From IMG/VR virus record IMGVR_UViG_3300035670_000008, positions 152,564 through 216,563 of that record: DNA of 64,000 nt; one strand, written 5' to 3'. The notes beneath the pieces are model-generated. The model saw only the letters and a list, made by a program, of their open reading frames with translations, did no database searches and had not been told where the DNA came from. The translations under genes were made by a program, and so were the position numbers. This document shows, one piece after another, positions 34,801 through 43,800 of the stretch (the stretch's first letter is position 1; each line of letters opens with the position of its first letter).

Positions 34801-37800
34801 GTACTTGGTAAGAACAGTAATATCTTAGCTAGCCGGTTAGGTAAAGCTACCGGTGGGGTCTTCCGAGCCGGCGGCAAAGGCGCTAACGTTTTGCTTCTAA
34901 CGGGTCTAACTAACTTCTTACTGACAAATAACGTTACTGGCGCGTTACCTAAAACGGCTCTCCGGTCAGCTTACACCGCTTTGAACATTGGAAGAGAAGA
35001 AGACTTTGAGAACTACTACTCTAGCGGGGCTGCTGCCGCTTCTTTGGTTACTGGTGTAGTTACGCCCCCGGTCACTAATTGGATACATGGAAATTATAAG
35101 AGACAACTAACCGGTCTTTTAACGCCGGAGCTCAACACGATAGGCCCAGCTTCAGCTATACCAGTAGATGAGTCTCAACGAGCTATGGCATTGGTAACTA
35201 AACTTCAAGGAGACTTAGACTTCGTTGAAGGGCGAACCTCCATGAAACCGGTGAACACCACGGCTAAGATGGCGCGGTTGTTGGGCATTGCGGAAGACGC
35301 AGTTGTACAGACTAATTTAGAGGAAGAGTATCTTAACGTTTTAAGTAATAAACAGTTAGCACTACGCCATGCTAGAAGTTTAGTAGACGCCAATCTCCAA
35401 CATGGTTTTATCCACGAGGGACTGCGCTCTATTCGCGCGGTGGCTAGAGTATCTGGGCACATCGGAACCTTAGGGTTAGGTTACTTCCTTAAAGGGTTGT
35501 CTTCATCTAACTCAGTGCCTCTTTCTGTATTGGCGATGATTATGGGGGGTCTTGGTGGATTTGGATATCAGCATGTTAACGCCAAGACTGCTAATGACCG
35601 TAGTTGGGTAAATTACATGGGCGCCGGTCTAGCCGGCGGCTACGCGGCGGGGACCGCAGCTGGTTTAGTAACTAGTTTTGGTTCTGGTAATCTACCTAGC
35701 GTGCCGTTATCGAAATATCCGCAACGCTTGATGAACCTGTTCGCTCGGATAGTTAAAGCGATAGATAAGGGCGACGTGGATGACGCTATCTCTACAAAGG
35801 CTCTACCTAAGTGGCTTGACGACATTCAGGGTTTCTCCCAGAAGCTTCTACAAGACCCCAGAAGTGCCGGGCTTAGTGAGTCCGTGAACCTGAAGAGCGT
35901 CGGGACTAAAGTCGATTGGTTCAAACTAAGCAATAAAGTCTTGCCGGTAGCCGCGTTCTCTATAGACGTATTGAACCTTTACACCAGCGTTAACCAAATT
36001 AACAACCTTCAATATGGTAGGTCGCAGGCTCAATTCCAGCAGGCTTACAGCTCGTATCAATCTACAATATCCACTATTGCCTTTAGCGCTCTAATGGGTA
36101 TTGCGGCAAGGAACACTTCCTTCAGCCGGATTCTTGGCGGTACTCTCCAAGCCGGGCAGTTGGGGTATAAACGAGGATTGGATGAGTCAGATAACGCCTA
36201 CGCTGACGCAATGGTGGACAACGTTGCTTATCAAACCAGTAAGCGTAAGCAGACTATGCTAGCGCTTGGAGCAGGAGGATTATCCGCCCTTTCAGTAAGC
36301 ATCAGCGCTTTAAGAGCTAACCCTTCATTTGCGCAACGGGTGTTGCCCAAATCGTTAGTGGCTTTAGGTAGCCGTCCGCTGGCTCAATCTGCAGCTCAGC
36401 AGATAGATGACTTTGGTATGCCTGTTGTACAGACGGCCTTTACTGCTTACGGGCTGCACCGGGTCGCTAAACCCTATGAGCAGCGGTATGAGCACAGCTC
36501 GAACGTTAGCTACCAGATGGCGCAACGTCGGGGTGAGTTGATGTCTTTAGTGTTGTTCGCTACTGGCAGTGCGTTATTGGCTAGGAAGCCGTCTACGAAG
36601 CTTGGCGCGGCGGTTACGAAATACATCCCAGGTTTAGGAGCTATCGGGGCAGGGGCTCTAAAAGACCTCTATACGAAGGACTCGTTCTACCAGTACGAAG
36701 CAATGTTCTTGAAGTCTGGTATTACTAATGACTATGCCAAGAACATCATTGCTACGAAGGCGGCTGAAAGTACTGACGACAACCTAGGCATCACGCTTGG
36801 ATTAACCACTCTTGCATCGATTGGCTTATTGGTAGCTACTAAAGGTAAATATAAAGGCCCTATACTAGCAGCGCCGGCGGTTGTGGCGTCTGGTTTGGGC
36901 TACTACAACTACAGCAGCACCATACATGGAGAGATTAACGAGCGGAAGCAGTATGAAGAAACAGGCGGCTTAAAACCAGAAGAGGTAGCTGAGTACCAAG
37001 AGTGGCGGAGCAGTGGGGAGCTATACCCTTCCCGCTGGAAGAACACCCGCCAGGGCGTCAACTACCAGAAGTATAAGGAGGCTGAAAGACGCCGTATTAC
37101 TAACTTTAACCTTAACTACAACGCGCCAGTGAGACGTGGCTACGGCTTTACTCCAGCGCCGGTAGACGCCAAATCCATCCCTGACTTCGTCCTACGAGCA
37201 GCAGCGATGGAGTCCCACGCTAAAGCAATTGAAAACCACAAGGCAAACCCCGTGGTTCTCGGAGCTAGCGCGGCTGGATTAGGTTTAGCTACCTGGATTG
37301 TTGGTACCTCTCGGATACCCACCTTAAACGTAATCCCGGCGGCTGGGAAGCATTATCTATCTAGCTGGAAGACCGCCGTTCCGTTTGGCACCCACGTCGG
37401 TACCAATCTAATTGAACCAGTTATTACAGGAGTAGCAATTGCGGCAGAGCAGCGTAAGATTAACGACCTCTCGAAGGTACCGATTAGTGTAGGTATTGCT
37501 GGGGAGATGCAAGCGGTTAGACAGTCTGTGGACATCACGACGGCTCAAGATAAGATGACCTTCCTAGCTTTGATGTCCCAGCTACCGCTTAGCGGGGAGA
37601 CGACTCTAGGTAGTATCGTCCGGGGCGGTTTAGTCCACGGGATTGGACATGCAATCTTCGAGTCGAATATCGGCATGGTTAGAGAGCGGGAGTTTAAACA
37701 GCGGGTCAAAGTGCTAGCTGAAGCCCGGGCTAAAGGTGTCAAAGTTAATAGTGCTCTGCTCAGTAAAGCTGTTAAAGCCCAGGCTACCACGGATGAGGGG

Positions 37801-40800
37801 CACGCGATAGCTGCGACTTTAGGAATTGGACAGACGGCGACCAAGCTATTCATGGGCGGTAATGTCAACGCGGCTTCCTCTATTAATGCTTCGGTAGAGG
37901 GCGCGGTATCCTTCCTTGGAATTAAAGCAGTCATCAACCGAGCGATTGGTAAGCGTCGGTTTGATAACGTCGTACTGAACCGGTCTACTAGAGATGACGG
38001 GAGAGTTCTAGATTCAGAGCCCGTGGCTAACGTCGTTAAACAATCAGCAGGCCCGACTGGCTCGAAGAGTAGCTTCGAGGATGATTACTTAACCAACCCA
38101 TATATGTTGGAAGCCGGCGCTACGATTGGTGCCTACGCGCTTATCACTTTGGGTTCTAGTTACCTGGCGGCTAGAGCTACGAAGAAGGCAGCCTCTATTG
38201 CTTTAAACAAAGCCAAGCAACTGCTAGAAGAAAGGAAGCTCGCGGCTGAGCCTTCTGTTACGACGACAGCGGCGGAGCCAGCTGTTGCTGAGCCGTCTCC
38301 TTTGGCGTCTCCCGAACCCGCGGTTAGCGCAGATACCTCGGCTAAGGGAGTTTCTACAGTAATGGACTTATATGAGGAGACCGCTCCAAGTCCCCTTGCC
38401 TCAGCTGAACCACCAGTCGGTAAGCCTAGTTACAGCGCGGACACCTCAGGACAGGGTGTGTCGGCTGTGCTTGACCTGTATGAGTCTATTACTCCACAGA
38501 CTCCTGCTCCAGAGACAGTAGCTAAACCGATCGTTACTGCAGAGCCGCCGTCTACTTCTAGTCAGGACGTTATTAATAAGGTGACTAATCCCGAGCCGCC
38601 TACTCCTACACCAACTGTTACAGCTCCTCCATCTCCTGAACCGACAGGGCCTAGTAAGCTTGAGTCACGCAAACCACGCTTTGGTCAAATTGACCCTAAC
38701 TTAAAAGGTAATATATCAACTGGTAAGAAGCAGGCATTAACCGCCGGTAAATTCCTGTTAGGGACTTCAACTGATGACCATCTATCTAGTAGTCTTGTTT
38801 CATTGAATAGAGCTATTAACCAAGTTCAAAATGCTGGCTTTGCTAGTTTAGGCCCTGCAGGAGCCAGTCGTTACGGACAGTTAATGGGTGAGCGGCAGGC
38901 TATCTTATTGGAGCAGCGCCGTCGGCAGCAACAAGCTAGCCAACAGGTCATTGAAACTGTTGCTGCCGAACCAGAGATTACACCTAAACCTTTAGAGCAG
39001 CCTGCTCCGCCGCAGCCGACCAAGCCTATTCCTACTACTCCTAAAGAGCCAACTGTCGAGCCATCTTTGTTGGACACGACTAAAGCAGCTGACTATTTAC
39101 CAGTACCTATCTATGAATCGTTTACTGACACATCTTTCTTAAGTAGAACTTCTGGTAAACAAACTACTTTAGGCAGACAGAAGTTCCTTATGGCGGGTGG
39201 GTACATGAGTACGAATAGTTACTCTAATGTACCGGAGTTAGAGCGGGCTGGCGGAAAGGATAGTGCTGATATTAATAAAGGTGACCTAAGTATTAGAGTT
39301 AGTATAAAGGCACAGACTGTAAAAGACGGTAAACGTGTTGATATAGACAATCCTTATATCAACATACAACATATATGGAATATAGCCAACGATGAATACG
39401 GACGGGGTGGGGTCATTACCCGTGACTACATATTAGAAATAAACTCTTTTCCTGGGGCAACGGTAGAAGAGAAAGCTAAAAGTGCTTACGCTTACTTCGA
39501 GCAGCAGTACGCGCGCCGGATGCAGGAACTTCGTAGCTCCAATCCAGCAGCTATCGATAAATACATGGCGGATGCCGGCCACGGCGATTATCTTTCTTGG
39601 GATTATAACAACCGGCAGGGTGATGAAGGGTTCTTGTTTAAACATGAAATTAATCCTACAGGAGCAGTTGGTAAAGTTACACCTCCGGTAGAAAACCCTA
39701 CTCTACCTAAACCCCCACAACCACAACCAACAAAAACGTCGGATAGGACGGCATTACTAAATATATATGAAACATCCACTAGTGGTGTAGAAGGTTCTGG
39801 TAGTAGAGATTACGATTATACTCTCCCACGCGGTTATGGGATTACGTATGGTAATAAACCTAGTGGACTAGACAAGGACAAGTTTGTTGAACGTTTAGAT
39901 GTAGATTTTAAAGAAAGAGAAGGTGGTTATAGAAAAATAGACCTTTTAGGAACTAAGGTTGAGGCTAGAACTGCGGCTTTAGCATTAAAACCTATGGAGG
40001 TGTTTAATACTTCTGGTATTTACACACAAACCAAAAATGGTAAACAGCTTAAAGTTGCTTATGTCTCTACTATGTTAGGGATGGCTTCTGATGTCAGCGA
40101 AAAGGACGCTCGGAAGATGGTTTATCATAGGGATTATTTTGCTGAAATCAAGCCCGAACAAGATGAGCAAGTTGTTTTACGGCAACTGCAAGCTCAATAT
40201 GTTGAAGCAGTTGAGTGGGCTAAGATTAACGCTCCTGACCAAATTAAAGATGGGCATCTAGTCCCACGTCCTGAAGGGAAATTTGTTCCTATTGATTTAA
40301 GTAATGTAGGAGGTTTGCATACTACAATCCCACAGCAAGATGGTGGTTTCATCAAACCTGTTCCGTTACCAACTAGTGCGGAGCGTCAGGTCTTAAGTCA
40401 ACAGCGCGCCGACCGGGTGCGCCGTGGGCAAGCTAAAGGCATTGATTACCAAATGATGCTGATGGACATGGTCTATGGCAAGGCTAAAGAAAGTGTCACC
40501 GGCGTCATTAGCAAAGCTAAGGAGATTAGTCAATCCTTCGTATCTGGAGTCGGTCGAGCCGTCCGGGGTACAGCTAACCAAGCCTGGGACGGTTGGAGTA
40601 TCTTCGACCGATTAGAAGGCCTCGACGCTCGCTTTGGCAACCAAGGTATGGGTGGTGGGGCTGGATTCTGGACTCGCTTTGGTCAAAGCGCTAAGTACGA
40701 ACTTAGCGGCAGGGGGATCGTTGAAGGGGGTTTTGGTATCGGTCGAAATGCTCAAACCGGCAAGGTTGGTATCCAAGGTAAAGGCGGCGCGATGGCCCTT

Positions 40801-43800
40801 GCTGGCATGGGGCTACAACTAGCTGACGATATCCTGACGTTAGACTGGAGCCGCAAGAACTTTGCTAAGTCGTTAGGTACGGTAGCGAAGAATCAAGCCA
40901 CGTCGTTAGCTGCTGGGGTAGCCTTCGGGTTGGTGACAGCTGGGCTGGGGGCCCTAGCGTTGTCTTCTGTACCGGCGTTAGCTGCGCTGGGGATTGTGGG
41001 TAGCGCTGTGTTGATGGGCTATGGAATCTACTCGCTAGCTGACCAAGGCTTCAAGGTTGGTGGTAAAGCCTGGGAGAAATTCGTCCTGAAGCGGAAGCGC
41101 ACAGCAGAAGAGCAGAAGGTTTACGAGCAACAGAGCCAAGTTCTATCGATGGGCTTTGGAGTTGGGACTTTTGTTTACGCAGGCTACAACCAAATTAAGA
41201 GTCTTCAGGGCGCCCGTCGGGCGGCTAGCGTAGTCAACCAAGCACCGGTCGTTCCGACTGTTCCCGTTCGCCAGGCAGTAGATGTAATAGACGACGTAGC
41301 TCCGAGAACTCCTGTCAACCCAACTAGAAGCGGGTCGGTGCTGAAGACCGCGGGTAAAGCCGTCAAGGTAGCCAGCACAATGTACAGTGTCTATCAGATT
41401 GGTACCGGGCTACACCAAGCTTTCACTGGTAAGACTGAACAAGCAAAAGACCAAGGTCGTCGTCAAGCCGTTCGGGAAATCGGTGGATTGATTGGGATGC
41501 GAGCTGGTGCCAAGGTCGGGGGCTACGTCGGTCGTGCTGGCGGCACGGCTGTGACAGCTAACCCCACCGGGGCTATCGTTGGTGACGTCGCTGGCCAAGC
41601 GGTCGGTGGATATATTGGCTACCAAGGCGGCTCTAACATCGCTGAGCAGATGTACGACAACGCGATGGAGATGATGTATGGCAAGATGAACCAACGCCAG
41701 CGTCAAGAGGCAGTTGATAAGGAAGTCAAGCGCCGCTCAGCTGGCAGTCAATATAACTTGGAGGCTATCCAAGGTAAAGAACAGAAGGTCGCTAAACAGA
41801 TAGAACGCCCGCGGGCTTGGTGGCGGTCGGACGAGGAAGATACTCCCTGGTGGAAGAAACTACTGCAAACCATTGGCAAGGGTGTAGAAGCGTTAGGTAA
41901 CTTTCTAACTAGGACTAAGAACGCTGCCTTAGACGCTGCTGATGCTTTAAGTAATTGGGCAACAGGCGGCGTTCCACTTAGTTCTGACGCTTTAATCAGT
42001 GGTAATTTAAGAGCGGCTAACAGTCGGGGTACATCTATTATCCAGGCTGCTCAAATATTAGGCATTAATCCCTTAGACTTGGCCACTATTGTTGAATTTG
42101 AGTCAGACGGAAACCCCCATATTCGGGGAGGGGCTGGCGGTAACTATATTGGGTTGATACAGTTTGGACCTAACGAACGTAAGAAATATGGTTATCACTC
42201 CAAGATGACTTTTGAAGAGCAAATGTTAGGGCCCGTCGTTAACTACTTTAAAGACCGCTTTAAATCGGCTGGGATGTCGACGGAAGGGGCTTCGTTAGAG
42301 GATTTATATACCACAGTGTTAGCAGGTAATCCTAAGGCTAACCGAGGTTCTAGGGATGCTTTTGGTACTAGTCCGCGCTCAGGTGTTCGTAAGATGACGG
42401 CTCCGGGGGCCGACCGGGATATCGCTCTACAGAAGTACTTTATTGTTGATGGTACACTTAACGCCCCTACAGGGTTCCAAGTTCCTAGTGGTGCTCGTTG
42501 GGCTAGTTCGATGGGCGTAAGAGATGCCAAGACATTGGCTCAATTACCTCAACGAACGGGAGGTAATGCTTATGGAATGAGAATTCATCCTACTCAAGGT
42601 AGACGTAAACTTCACGCTGGGGAAGACTACGCATTTCCGATTGGAACTCCGTTATCGACAGCGACGCCGGCTGTGGTTGTGTTTGCTGGTATGTTAGGTA
42701 ATGCAGGCAACACTGTTGTTCTTAGACACTCAAACGGCACCTACACTCGTTCGTTACACATGGATAAGATTTCGGTCAAGGCAGGTGACGTCTTGATGCC
42801 CAACCAAATGTACGGCACGGTTGGCACTACTGGGGATTCAACAGGCCCTCACCTCCACTTTGAGGAAGGGTCGTGGGATAGTAAAACCAATAGGTTTAAA
42901 GCCAAGCCCCCAACTGACTTAGGCCGTAAGTCAATTCAGGTTGGAGGTAAAACAGTTAAGGTTCAGGCAACACCGCCGACTAGCCCACAGGATTACTTCA
43001 ACAAGGTTGCTCCTATTCAGTCTGGTCAAACCCAATCTCAACAGATTATTACCCGTACTGAGCGGAAGTCTACTAAAGTAGGCGGGGTTACTCACTATGC
43101 CTACACCAACACCACCCAGAAGCTAGTGACAATAGCTGACAGTCAAGTGATCGGTAAGCAAAAACAACAGCTGAACGAAACAACAGCTAAACAAGTCAAT
43201 AAGATGCTAGCTGAGTTGAAGGCTGCAACCGGCGTTGACCTTTGGATCCTCTCTGGATATCGCAGCGTTGAGTATCAGCAAGAGCTATGGAATAAGAAGA
43301 AAAGAGAAGGTAAGAGCGACGCGGTTATTGCTAAGTCATTAGCTATACCTGGCTTTAGTGAACACCATACTGGAGACGCTTTTGATATTTCGCTGCAGGG
43401 CCAAGCGAACCTAACTGCTGAGCAGTGGGCCAGTAATCCAAAGTTAAGGGAAGCGCGCGCTTGGTTAGATAAGAACCAATCTAAGTACGGATTTGAAACT
43501 TCTTTCTTACCAGGCAATAAAGAGAACGTTGTGTCTGAGCCTTGGCATTTACGGTATGTAGGCCCTGGCTCTGAGTACGCCCGTCAAATCAAAACTAACG
43601 TAACGACGAGTCAGCAGGTTATTAATCAAGTCCAAGGCGGAACGACCACCCAGCAGGTTGCGTTAAACCAACAGCAACTCACCCAAGGTATTGAAGCCAT
43701 CCGTAAAAAATACGGTCTACAGTCTATCTATGCCCAAACTAAAGGTGGGGTAACTGTAGGTACAGTTGATAAGAATAAACCAGCGGTGGTTTCTAGCGCT

